Below are positions 15,471 through 23,935 of a DNA stretch of 32,000 bases, piece after piece. The translations under genes were made by a program, and so were the position numbers. How positions within the stretch are numbered: the stretch's first letter is position 1; every line of letters begins with the position of its first letter. A model generated the notes under the pieces. That model searched no databases. It was not told the origin of the DNA and saw nothing but the letters and a program-made list of their open reading frames with translations. Origin of the DNA: Synechocystis sp. PCC 6803 substr. PCC-P (GTDB lineage Bacteria; Cyanobacteriota; Cyanobacteriia; Cyanobacteriales; Microcystaceae); contig NC_017039.1 in assembly GCF_000284455.1 (NCBI RefSeq), forward strand, positions 1,290,001-1,322,000. Reading direction: 5' to 3'.

Positions 15471-18375
15471 CTGGAAAAACCTCATCCGCCATCACAACTC
15501 GATTACGGCCGGCGGCCTTGGCTTGATAGAGAGCCCTATCTGCGGCTTGGATAATGTTGACCATGGTTTCTCCATGGTTGGGATAACAGGCTACCCCTAG
15601 GGAAACGGTCAATGTGCCCAATTCCTTTCCTTTGTATTCCACTTCCATGGAGGCGATCGCCTGACGGAGGGATTCAGCCTTGACTAGGGTATCTTCCAGG
15701 GAGGTTTGGGGCAAAACAATGGTCATTTCTTCCCCACCATACCGACAAGCAATGTCAGAACCGCGAATATTGCTTTGCAGAATGCGCCCAATGGTTTTCA
15801 GTACGTGGTCGCCGGCATCGTGCCCCAGTTGGTCATTGAATTGCTTGAAATGGTCAATGTCTCCCATAATTACCCCAATGGAATGGTTATAGCGCTTGGC
15901 CCGGCCAATCTCTTGTAAGAAAAATTGTTCTAAATAACGACGGTTAAATAACCCCGTGAGGGGGTCCCGGATACTCTGATTTTCCAACCTTTCCCGCAAT
16001 TTAATATTGGCGATCGCCAGACTGACCTGTTCCGCCACCGCCTTGGCTAACTGTTGTTGGTCAGAACTAATTACCCCAGCCCGATCACTGCAAAGATTAA
16101 GCAAACCAAGGGTTTCCCCCTGGGCGATGAGGGGAATGCAAAGACTTTCTTGGGGCAAACATTCCGGATTGAGGTGGCTACATAACAAATCGTGCTGTTG
16201 CACCCCGACCAAATGGGGCTGTCCCAGGCGCAGAGCCCAGCAATCTGTGCCATTGAATAATGGTTCGGAGCAGGCTAAATTTCCCCAAGTTTTGACCTGT
16301 TCAAAATAGTTGGCAGTGGAGTCAAAAATAGAAATCGTGCCAGCAATGTTGGGAAACAACGGGGGAGCCAAGGCCGCCAAGCTAGCACAGGCATCGGCCA
16401 CCACCACACAGGATTGCAAATATTGATTCAGGGTGGAAAGCAATTCCATCTCTTGATTGCGCCGTTTTAACTCCTCCAACCGTTGCGCTAACTGTTCATT
16501 GACCCGATTGACCTGTTCTTGACTTTCCGCCAAAGCTTGGGTGCGTTCTAAAACCCTTTGTTCCAATTTGGCATTGAGTTTTTCTAACTCCGCTTCTATT
16601 CTGTCCCGTTGATACAGGGCTTTTTTCTGTTCCTCCATGGGCACCACCACGCAGATGGTTAAATCCGGTTCCCCTTCAAAGGGGGATGCTCCCATCAAAA
16701 TGGGAACGCGGCGGCCATTTTTGTGGTAGTACTCTTTTTCCCAGGGTTTTGTGAAACCATATATCCGTAGATTTTCGATGGCTTCCAAGTCTTGGCTTTT
16801 ATATTCTGGGGGCGTAATCTGATCCCAACGCATTAAACCGGCTTCCAGTTCTTTTCTGGTGTAGCCGAGCATTTTCAAGAGGCAATCATTAGCTTCAGTA
16901 ATTTGGCCATTGATATTGGCAAACATCATGCCGACAACAGCGGACTCAAACACTTTACGAAAGCGAGATTCACTATCCTGAAGGGCGGTTTCGACACTTT
17001 TTTGCTCAGTAACATCCATGGCCACCCCATGGAGACCAATCATTTCTCCCGCCCCATTGACCAGAGCTTCAATTTTTGCCCAGAGCCAGCCCTGACTGCC
17101 GTCCTGGCGGAAAAAACGGTAAACCAAATCCTGGGAATTTTGGCTTTCCAGAACCGATTGCACCACTTCGTCATGGCGTTGGCGATCGCCGGGGTGAATG
17201 GATGCGGTTAATTCTTCATAGCTGGGGGGATGTTCCAGACCAAACATGCGTAAAATCTCTTCCGACCACTGAATTTCCCCGGAGCCCGACAAAAATTTCC
17301 AGGTGCCCAATTTGGCTAAGCTTTGGGCTTCCGATAGTTCTGCTTCCCGTTGCCGTAGTTGCTCCTCTGCTAATTTTCGGGAAGTAATATCTATACCCGA
17401 TCCAAGTATTTCTAGAAGATTGCCTTGGCTGTCAAAAATAGGTTCATTAGTCCAAGCGACCCAAACCCGATCGCCGTTTTTGCGGACATTTTCATTTTCG
17501 TTATATTTATAATTCTCAGGATTACGGCAAATATCTGCCACCATTGCCTCCAGATTTTGACCGGAGCTGCTGGTCCTAGGCACGATGGTATCGAACACCG
17601 ACTTGCCCACCATTTCCTCTTTGCTAAAACCAAAAAAGTTGTGGCAATATTCGTTCGCGAAGGTGATTTCCCCCGTCGGTAACCAGCGCACAATAATCGT
17701 GTTAATCGACTCCACTAAACTGCGATATTTTTCTTCACTTTCTTCAATAGCTTGGCGAGCTTCATAACGTTCAGTAATGTCAATACAAGAACCGATATAA
17801 CCCAAAAACTCTCCGTCTGGAGCAAGCCGAGGTACGCCATTGTCTAATAACCAACGGTATTCTCCCCCTCGATTCCGCAGGCGATATTCCATCGTAAACG
17901 GTTGCCGGGCATCAAAAGCTTCAACGTAGGTTTGCCAACAACGATCAAAATCGTCGGGATGAACCCCTTCAGCCCAACCATTGCCCTGCTCTTGTTCCAG
18001 AGTGCGACCAGTAAAATTGAGCCAAGGTTGATTAAAATAAAAACAGCCTTTGTCTAAGCCAGCAATCCAGATCAAAACCGGGGCGTGGTTGGCAAGGTAA
18101 TTAAACATTTCTTCCCCTTCTTGAAGGATAGCCTCTAGAAATTTGCCGACATCCTCACCACTGTTAATATGTGATGCCTCTGAGAGAAAAGCAGAACGAA
18201 GAAAGGTCTGGAGTTTTAGGTTAGCAACGACTTCCTTTGAAGTTTCCAGTTTTGCTATTACCTTGCCAATATCTTGGTGCTCATCGCCCATATAATTCTG
18301 AGAGCCGCCATTGACTAACGGATAGAGTTGATATTGATAACTGTGTAATCTGGAATTTTTGTCAGATACCCTCAC
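15463..18375 (-). CDS. Multi-PAS/PAC - coiled coil - GAF - GGDEF diguanylate cyclase
   Basis: 970 aa with four PAS/PAC-like modules, a long coiled coil (..LEQRVLERTQALAESQEQVNRVNEQL..) and a GAF-like segment. The GGDEF domain follows (DPLTGLFNRRY ... RGSDIACRYGGEEMTIVL). The track start is GTG; an internal ATG (MGDEHQ, about 18291) is an alternative. Confidence 0.85.
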   Translation of the reverse strand: MRVSDKNSRLHSYQYQLYPLVNGGSQNYMGDEHQDIGKVIAKLETSKEVVANLKLQTFLRSAFLSEASHINSGEDVGKFLEAILQEGEEMFNYLANHAPVLIWIAGLDKGCFYFNQPWLNFTGRTLEQEQGNGWAEGVHPDDFDRCWQTYVEAFDARQPFTMEYRLRNRGGEYRWLLDNGVPRLAPDGEFLGYIGSCIDITERYEARQAIEESEEKYRSLVESINTIIVRWLPTGEITFANEYCHNFFGFSKEEMVGKSVFDTIVPRTSSSGQNLEAMVADICRNPENYKYNENENVRKNGDRVWVAWTNEPIFDSQGNLLEILGSGIDITSRKLAEEQLRQREAELSEAQSLAKLGTWKFLSGSGEIQWSEEILRMFGLEHPPSYEELTASIHPGDRQRHDEVVQSVLESQNSQDLVYRFFRQDGSQGWLWAKIEALVNGAGEMIGLHGVAMDVTEQKSVETALQDSESRFRKVFESAVVGMMFANINGQITEANDCLLKMLGYTRKELEAGLMRWDQITPPEYKSQDLEAIENLRIYGFTKPWEKEYYHKNGRRVPILMGASPFEGEPDLTICVVVPMEEQKKALYQRDRIEAELEKLNAKLEQRVLERTQALAESQEQVNRVNEQLAQRLEELKRRNQEMELLSTLNQYLQSCVVVADACASLAALAPPLFPNIAGTISIFDSTANYFEQVKTWGNLACSEPLFNGTDCWALRLGQPHLVGVQQHDLLCSHLNPECLPQESLCIPLIAQGETLGLLNLCSDRAGVISSDQQQLAKAVAEQVSLAIANIKLRERLENQSIRDPLTGLFNRRYLEQFFLQEIGRAKRYNHSIGVIMGDIDHFKQFNDQLGHDAGDHVLKTIGRILQSNIRGSDIACRYGGEEMTIVLPQTSLEDTLVKAESLRQAIASMEVEYKGKELGTLTVSLGVACYPNHGETMVNIIQAADRALYQAKAAGRNRVVMADEVFPVN

Positions 18376-18508
18376 CTTCTTCAGGTTAACAGAAACTTAG
18401 GGGTTTGCATGGGCCAGGGAACACGGTCTGGCGGCCGTTGGGTTAAAATCGGGGGAATTACACGTTCGGCGGGATTTCGTCCCCAGTTTTTTCCTATTTG
18501 AGAAATTT

Positions 18509-19609
18509 ATGTCAGTTTTAGCGGCGTTGGCGGCGATCGGAGTACTTGCAGTACTAATTGCTGTGCATGAGTTGGGCCACTTTGCGGCCGCCCGTTTACA
18601 GGGCATCCATGTCACTCGCTTTGCCTTAGGATTTGGGCCACCGCTGTTGAAATACCAAGGTGCCGAAACGGAATATTCCATCCGGGCTATTCCCCTGGGG
18701 GGCTACGTGGCGTTCCCCGACGATGATCCAGACAGTGAGATCCCTGCCGACGATCCTAACTTACTAAAAAATCGCCCCATCCTCGACCGGGCCATTGTGA
18801 TTAGTGCTGGGGTAATTGCCAATTTAGTTTTTGCTTACTTTCTCCTGATTGGTCAAGTTAGCACCATCGGTTTCCAGAATATTCAACCTGGTTTGGTTAT
18901 TCCCCAAGTGGACAGTGCCTCCGCCGCCCAGGTGGCTGGGATGGAGCCAGGGGATATTGTACTCTCCCTCCAGGGCAACACTCTACCCGGTTTTCCCGAT
19001 GCCACCACCCAGTTTATCGACATTGTGCGGCGATCGCCGTCGGTGCCTATCACAGTAGAAGTGCAACGGGGGGAAGAAACTAAAACCTTGACCATTACCC
19101 CCACCCCAGATGCGGAAGGTAAAGGAAAAATTGGCGTTGCTCTGCTACCCAACGTGGAAACCAAACGGGCTAGCAATCCCCTGGAAGCTTTAACCTACAG
19201 CGCCGAGGCTTTTGAACGCATTGTGAAACTAACGACCCAGGGCTTTTGGCAATTAATCAGTAACTTTGCCGACAATGCTTCCCAGGTGGCGGGGCCAGTG
19301 AAAATTGTTGAGTATGGTGCTAACATTGCCCGCTCCGATGCCAGTAACCTGTTCCAATTTGGAGCGCTGATTAGCATTAACCTCGCTGTGATTAATATTC
19401 TGCCCCTACCTGCTTTGGATGGTGGGCAATTGGTGTTCCTGCTCATCGAAGGACTCCTGGGCAAACCCCTACCGGAAAAATTTCAGATGGGCGTAATGCA
19501 AACGGGGTTGGTGCTTCTGCTGAGCTTAGGGGTATTTTTAATTGTGCGGGATACCCTCAATTTGACCTTTGTGCAGGAGTTTTTGCCTTCCTTTACGGGC
19601 TATGAGTAG
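18509..19609 (+). CDS. rseP: Site-2 (RIP) zinc metalloprotease, RseP family
   Basis: HELGHF zinc motif in the first transmembrane helix, a central PDZ-like domain (GMEPGDIVLSL) and the NILPLPALDGG motif. Confidence 0.9.
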   Translation: MSVLAALAAIGVLAVLIAVHELGHFAAARLQGIHVTRFALGFGPPLLKYQGAETEYSIRAIPLGGYVAFPDDDPDSEIPADDPNLLKNRPILDRAIVISAGVIANLVFAYFLLIGQVSTIGFQNIQPGLVIPQVDSASAAQVAGMEPGDIVLSLQGNTLPGFPDATTQFIDIVRRSPSVPITVEVQRGEETKTLTITPTPDAEGKGKIGVALLPNVETKRASNPLEALTYSAEAFERIVKLTTQGFWQLISNFADNASQVAGPVKIVEYGANIARSDASNLFQFGALISINLAVINILPLPALDGGQLVFLLIEGLLGKPLPEKFQMGVMQTGLVLLLSLGVFLIVRDTLNLTFVQEFLPSFTGYE

Positions 19610-20261
19610 TTTGTTACGGAAAATGGCCAGTAAAAAACAACGGGCAACGGAAATTCTGCTCATTCTCAAAAAACTTTACCCAGGGGCCACCTGTAGTCTG
19701 GATTATCAAACCCCAGTACAGCTTTTGGTGGCCACTATTCTTTCGGCCCAATGCACCGATGAACGGGTCAACAAGGTGACTCCAGCCCTGTTTCAGCGTT
19801 ATCCCGATGCCAACGCCCTGGCCTACGGCGATCGCCAAGAGATTGAAGAATTAATCCACTCCACCGGCTTTTTCCGCAATAAAGCTAAAAATATTCAGGG
19901 AGCTTGCCGCAAAATTGTCGAGGAATTTGACGGGGAAGTGCCCCAAAGAATGGAAGAGTTATTGACCCTACCGGGGGTGGCCCGCAAAACGGCCAATGTG
20001 GTGCTAGCCCATGCCTTTGGCATCCTGGCCGGGGTAACGGTGGACACCCACGTCAAACGCCTGAGCCAACGGTTGGGGTTAACTAAAGCGACCGATCCCA
20101 TTCGTATTGAGCGGGATTTAATGAAACTGATTCCCCAGCCGGATTGGGAAAATTTTTCTATCCATATTATTTATCACGGTCGAGCGGTGTGTGCGGCCCG
20201 CAAGCCCCTCTGTGGGGAATGTCAGTTGGCCCATCTTTGTCCCAGTGCCCAAGCGAGTTGA
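19602..20261 (+). CDS. nth: Endonuclease III
   Basis: HhH-GPD motif LLTLPGVARKTANVVL and the C-terminal 4Fe-4S ligands CAARKPLCGECQLAHLC. The track ORF starts at a TTG (19569). ATG 19602 overlaps the rseP stop (ATGAGTAG). ATG 19623 (MASKKQRATEIL) aligns best to the E. coli Nth N-terminus and is an equally good start. Confidence 0.9.
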   Translation: MSSLLRKMASKKQRATEILLILKKLYPGATCSLDYQTPVQLLVATILSAQCTDERVNKVTPALFQRYPDANALAYGDRQEIEELIHSTGFFRNKAKNIQGACRKIVEEFDGEVPQRMEELLTLPGVARKTANVVLAHAFGILAGVTVDTHVKRLSQRLGLTKATDPIRIERDLMKLIPQPDWENFSIHIIYHGRAVCAARKPLCGECQLAHLCPSAQAS

Positions 20262-20382
20262 GATCCACTGAAGGTTTGAATTGGAATCAGTTTACCGAGC
20301 TCCCCCAACTTCTCCATAGGGAAATTAAAACCTGTAACTTGGTCAAAGATTAGAAAAAAGTGATTAGTACTGGTGGAACGGC

Positions 20383-20460
20383 AAAAAAAAGCGGCCAGTT
20401 TCGTCCCCATTGATTAGGTTCGGAAACTAACCCTGTGCTACATTGTGCACCCGCTTTTTT
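20383..20460 (+). terminator. Possible bidirectional terminator or structured RNA downstream of nth
   Basis: A8-GCGG ... CCGC-T6 encloses about 56 nt that contain an inner AGTTTCG/CGGAAACT hairpin. The T-run follows on the plus strand. The closing stem is weak (4 bp). Confidence 0.3.
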
Positions 20461-20554
20461 GAATCCTGCCCTCATTATCTGATTCTCACTGGGGGTCAAC
20501 AAGCCAATGGGTCACTGGTGAATGGTGATTCTAATCACAGGCGATCGGTGCCAG

Positions 20555-20666
20555 CTTTAAAAGTCTCCCTGGCCCCCAAATTTGGGGGGAAACTGAGTGA
20601 AAGTCCCCCATTATGGCCGGAGCTTGAGTGAGGAGATTTAGGGGACGAAATAAGACTTTCCGAACA
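20555..20666 (+). repeat. MITE-like short repeat, copy A
   Basis: About 75% identical by eye to 23768-23866 in the same orientation. It has an internal palindrome CCCCCAAATTTGGGGG. The ends are imperfect inverted repeats (TTAAAAGTCT ... AGACTTTCC). Confidence 0.5.
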
Positions 20667-20854
20667 CGTTCTTAGGCGATCGCCAAATTTTTACCCTGGC
20701 ATGGGCCGAGAAATGAGACTTTTTGGCCCTACTCCAGATAAACCCAACTAGTATGGTTGCAGGCGGCCTAGTCTCCGGCAGGGTCAGACCCAATGAATAT
20801 ACTGGGGAAATACTAAGCCTCAGTCCGTTTTAAATTAATAAATTCTTCTTGTTT

Positions 20855-21304
20855 ATGCCCATTTCTCCCACCTCCCTAGCTAGCGATGATTACTGCGTCC
20901 TTGGTTTAGCCACCTGCTTTTTGCGGGAAGATGGTGATTTCCATGCGGTGGACATCATTGAACCCATTCCCTCGGCGGCCCTAGAAGCCATTCTCAAACA
21001 GGTGCCCACTTCTTACCAATGGGCGATCGCCGTGCGGGCGGGGGAAGTTTTCCAGGGGGAGGAAATTAAAAAACCAGCTATTTTTGATCAAAGTGCCCAA
21101 TTCTGTGACGATTTTGCGGAACGGTTTACAGCGGCGGCCCGTACTTACCAAGTTCGGCCTCAAGCTAAGGAACATTTAGCCATTGGGGAAAAATGGGACA
21201 AATTTAACTTTTCTTTGGAGAAAAAACGCATTCTCAACGACAGCAAAGTGGTTAAAGCTGAAGATAACGTTAAGCAACATTCCCATACCCATCAAAGGCT
21301 GTAG
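20855..21304 (+). CDS. Conserved hypothetical protein
   Basis: The ORF is about 150 aa with coding-like composition and an in-frame HIP1 (WAIAV). The track start is TTG 20849 and the first ATG is 20855. I recognise no motif. Confidence 0.55.
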   Translation: MPISPTSLASDDYCVLGLATCFLREDGDFHAVDIIEPIPSAALEAILKQVPTSYQWAIAVRAGEVFQGEEIKKPAIFDQSAQFCDDFAERFTAAARTYQVRPQAKEHLAIGEKWDKFNFSLEKKRILNDSKVVKAEDNVKQHSHTHQRL

Positions 21305-21335
21305 TTGCAAAGTCCCAACGGGGTAATACCAACCT

Positions 21336-21830
21336 TCAGGAAACAAGGGATTGTTGTTTTTTCCTAGCCCGATGTTGGGCAAACCAATCCTGTAACTGTT
21401 CACGGCACTGTTCTTGGCACACTCCTCCTAAGCTTTGTAAGTGATGGTTAGAGGCAGCGCTGGCGGCCAAATCGAACACGCTGTCGATGGTGCCGGTTTT
21501 CGGGTCGGGGGTGCCATAAACTAATAAACCTAAACGGGCTTGGATAATGGCGCCGGTACACATGGGACAAGGTTCCAACGTAACGTAAAGGGTGCATTCA
21601 TTCAATCGCCAATGGCCTAGCCGACGGCAAGCAGTTTGGATGGCTAACATTTCCGCATGGGCGATGGGATTTTGATCCCGTTGCTTACGATTTTGGCCTG
21701 TAGCTAAAACTTCTCCCATTGCATTGACAACCACTGCTCCCACGGGAATTTCCCCCACATTGCCCGCTTCCTCCGCTAAGGCGATCGCCATTTGCATCCA
21801 ATCTTCATGGGTGGGTAGGGGTTGATCCAT
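21336..21830 (-). CDS. tadA: tRNA-specific adenosine deaminase (CMP/dCMP deaminase zinc-binding fold)
   Basis: HAEMLAI and PCPMCTGA zinc motifs. Size is about 164 aa. The ATG at 21830 is one codon inside the TTG of the track ORF. Confidence 0.9.
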   Translation of the reverse strand: MDQPLPTHEDWMQMAIALAEEAGNVGEIPVGAVVVNAMGEVLATGQNRKQRDQNPIAHAEMLAIQTACRRLGHWRLNECTLYVTLEPCPMCTGAIIQARLGLLVYGTPDPKTGTIDSVFDLAASAASNHHLQSLGGVCQEQCREQLQDWFAQHRARKKQQSLVS

Positions 21831-21869
21831 CAACTCTATTTAAACTTGTTTGTAAAACCGTTAGTAAAA

Positions 21870-22295
21870 TCAGGCAAAACTAATTAACTTTATTGCTTGG
21901 CTGATAATAGCATTACGGTCTACTTTTTCCGCCAAATAAGCAGCATTGTAAATTCCGCCAAAGGCTTCTAGAGAAGCGTTATCCAAAGCTCGATCATCGG
22001 CTTCAGCCAAAATTTCTTGTAAGTCCGATTGACTGACATAATAGCACCCTGCTTTCCTGCGTTTATTAATGCGTTCTATGGCGTTGATAGCATTGCGAAT
22101 GGAAACTTCCCAGGAATTAGTGCTTCTTGCCTCCGCCTGTTGTTTAATCAAATGAATCAGTAAAACAACGCAATAACTGTAAATTTTATTAATTTTATCC
22201 TCTTTGCTCATGGTTTCTAATTCATCGATTAAAGCCAGAGCGGCCGTGGTTTGCCCAGATTGCACTAATTGTTTTAATTCCAATAATTCTTCCAT
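21870..22295 (-). CDS. Small helical protein, divergent DUF29-like
   Basis: ELETMSKEDKINKIYSYCVVLLIHLIKQQAEARSTNSWEVSIRNAINAIERI parallels the DUF29 core E[IV]E.L[SG]R.[DE]K.......L.HLLK.......R..[SN].W...I.N.R..I. The N-terminal LYE.D..W helix is missing. The gene is packed between cry (9-nt gap) and tadA (36-nt gap). Confidence 0.5.
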   Translation of the reverse strand: MEELLELKQLVQSGQTTAALALIDELETMSKEDKINKIYSYCVVLLIHLIKQQAEARSTNSWEVSIRNAINAIERINKRRKAGCYYVSQSDLQEILAEADDRALDNASLEAFGGIYNAAYLAEKVDRNAIISQAIKLISFA

Positions 22296-22304
22296 GGCGC
22301 TAAC

Positions 22305-23774
22305 CTAAGCAATAACACCCATCTGTTCAATTTTACGGCGGGCTTCCACTGATTGGTGAAAATTAACACAGGGGCGGGGATAATCCACTCCCAATTGCAC
22401 TCCCCATTGTTTTTGTTCCGTGGCAGATAATAACCAAGGCTGATGAATTTTGTCGCCGGGTAAATTTTTTAATTCTGGTAACCAATGGCGTAAATAGGTT
22501 CCCTGGGGATCGTATTGTTGGCTTTGTTTAGGAATATTAAAATAACGAAAATCCCTAGCGTCATTACCTATGCCAGCAGTGTAATTCCAATTGCCCCAAT
22601 TACTGCATACATCGTAATCAATTAGGCAAGATTCAAACCATTCTGCGCCCCAACGCCAATCAATGCCCAGATTTTTACAAAGAAAACTGGCAACATTTTG
22701 CCGTCCCCGATTGGACATAAAGCCAGTGAGATTTAATTCCCGCATATTAGCATCCACCAAAGGATAACCAGTTTGTCCCGATCGCCAGAGTTCAAACCGG
22801 ACTTGATCTTCTTGCCAGGGGAAATTTTTGTTCAGCAATCCCCCTCGATTAAATAACTTGTTGCCATATTTTTGGGCCACAAAACGGAAAAAGTCCCGCC
22901 AGAGTAACTCGAAAATCAACCAATGGGTAGAATCATTACTAACCCGTTCTTGTTCGTAACGTTTCACTTCTTGGTAAATGAACCGGGGGGAAAGGCAACC
23001 CAATGCTAACCAAGGGGAAAACTTACTAGAATAATCCGCTCCCACCATACCATTGCGGGTTTCTTTATAATCTTTTAGGCGATCGCCATGCCAAAAGTAG
23101 TCTTGTAACCTCGCTAAACCAGCGGTTTCTCCTCCTTGAAAAGCCAAAACAGAACGATGATCAAAATTAATTTGAGGAAAGAATTCGGGCGGTGGTGCGG
23201 TTAACTCCAGTTTAATATTGGGGCTAGGAAGCAGTTGGGATGGGGCAAAAAAACACGGACGAATCGATATTTTTTTCTTTTCAATATCTTTGCGAAACTT
23301 AGTAAATAAATCTGGTAAATCTTGAATGGAAAAGGGTAAATCTTCGGGATGGCAAAGGGTACTTCCCCAATAACCTTTTGCTTCTATACCTAAGATTGTT
23401 AATTGTTTAACTAAATTTCTTTCTACGTCTAGCTCTTCCTGGGTAACTTCCCGATGGTAATAAATAGTCTTAGCGTTGATTTGCTTGGCTATTTGGGGAA
23501 TTACTTGCTCCGGTAGACCCGTTGTCACCAGCAATTTATTGCCCACTTTCTGCAAGCTTTCAGCCAAATTTTGTACAGATTGTTGGAGAAAATTACTCCG
23601 CCATGGCCCAGTTTTCGCAAATCCTTGGTGAGTCTGGGCAAATTGTCTGGGGTCGTAACAGTACACAGCGGTAATTGCTAAACCAGATTTTAGGGCCCGA
23701 TGCAGGGGTTCATGGTCATGCAAACGCAGATCATTCCGAAACCAAACCAAAACCGTGGGGGGGACGTGTTTCAA
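22305..23774 (-). CDS. cry: Cryptochrome DASH (photolyase/cryptochrome family)
   Basis: 489 aa. MKHVPPTVLVWFRNDLRLHDHEPL and the FAD-binding C-terminal motifs (TGYPLVDANMREL, SNRGRQNVASFL, DYDVCSNWGNWNY) match my memory of the Synechocystis Cry-DASH sequence. The start codon is TTG. Confidence 0.95.
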   Translation of the reverse strand: MKHVPPTVLVWFRNDLRLHDHEPLHRALKSGLAITAVYCYDPRQFAQTHQGFAKTGPWRSNFLQQSVQNLAESLQKVGNKLLVTTGLPEQVIPQIAKQINAKTIYYHREVTQEELDVERNLVKQLTILGIEAKGYWGSTLCHPEDLPFSIQDLPDLFTKFRKDIEKKKISIRPCFFAPSQLLPSPNIKLELTAPPPEFFPQINFDHRSVLAFQGGETAGLARLQDYFWHGDRLKDYKETRNGMVGADYSSKFSPWLALGCLSPRFIYQEVKRYEQERVSNDSTHWLIFELLWRDFFRFVAQKYGNKLFNRGGLLNKNFPWQEDQVRFELWRSGQTGYPLVDANMRELNLTGFMSNRGRQNVASFLCKNLGIDWRWGAEWFESCLIDYDVCSNWGNWNYTAGIGNDARDFRYFNIPKQSQQYDPQGTYLRHWLPELKNLPGDKIHQPWLLSATEQKQWGVQLGVDYPRPCVNFHQSVEARRKIEQMGVIA

Positions 23775-23866
23775 AAGCCCCCCTGCTCCCCCAAGTTTGA
23801 GGGGAAGTTAAGTAAAAGTCCTCTAGTTTTGGAGGATTTAGACGGCAAAATAAAACTTTTCAAACA
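23768..23866 (+). repeat. MITE-like short repeat, copy B
   Basis: Aligns to 20555-20666 with one internal gap of about 13 nt. End motifs are GTTTCAAAAG ... ACTTTTCAAAC. The left end overlaps the first two codons of cry on the opposite strand. Confidence 0.5.
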
Positions 23867-23935
23867 AATTCCAAGAGCTATGGACATCGATAGTTAAAAA
23901 CACATAAGCAAAAGGATTGAAAGCTTGGAAAGGTC

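Noticed and set aside
20222-20410. 62-aa minus-strand ORF overlapping the 3' end of nth.
   Set aside because: It overlaps the nth Fe-S cluster codons, has unremarkable composition, and ends in the hairpin region. It is most likely a chance ORF.
20443-23897. Track ORFs 20443..20631 and 23700..23897 share a peptide-like similarity (PKFGGKLSESP versus PKFEGKLSKSP), which might suggest a small protein family.
   Set aside because: The similarity comes from the two copies of the ~100-bp DNA repeat. The ORFs have no plausible starts or ribosome-binding sites, they run into neighbouring genes (23700 is antisense to the cry start), and the flanking translated sequence is unrelated.
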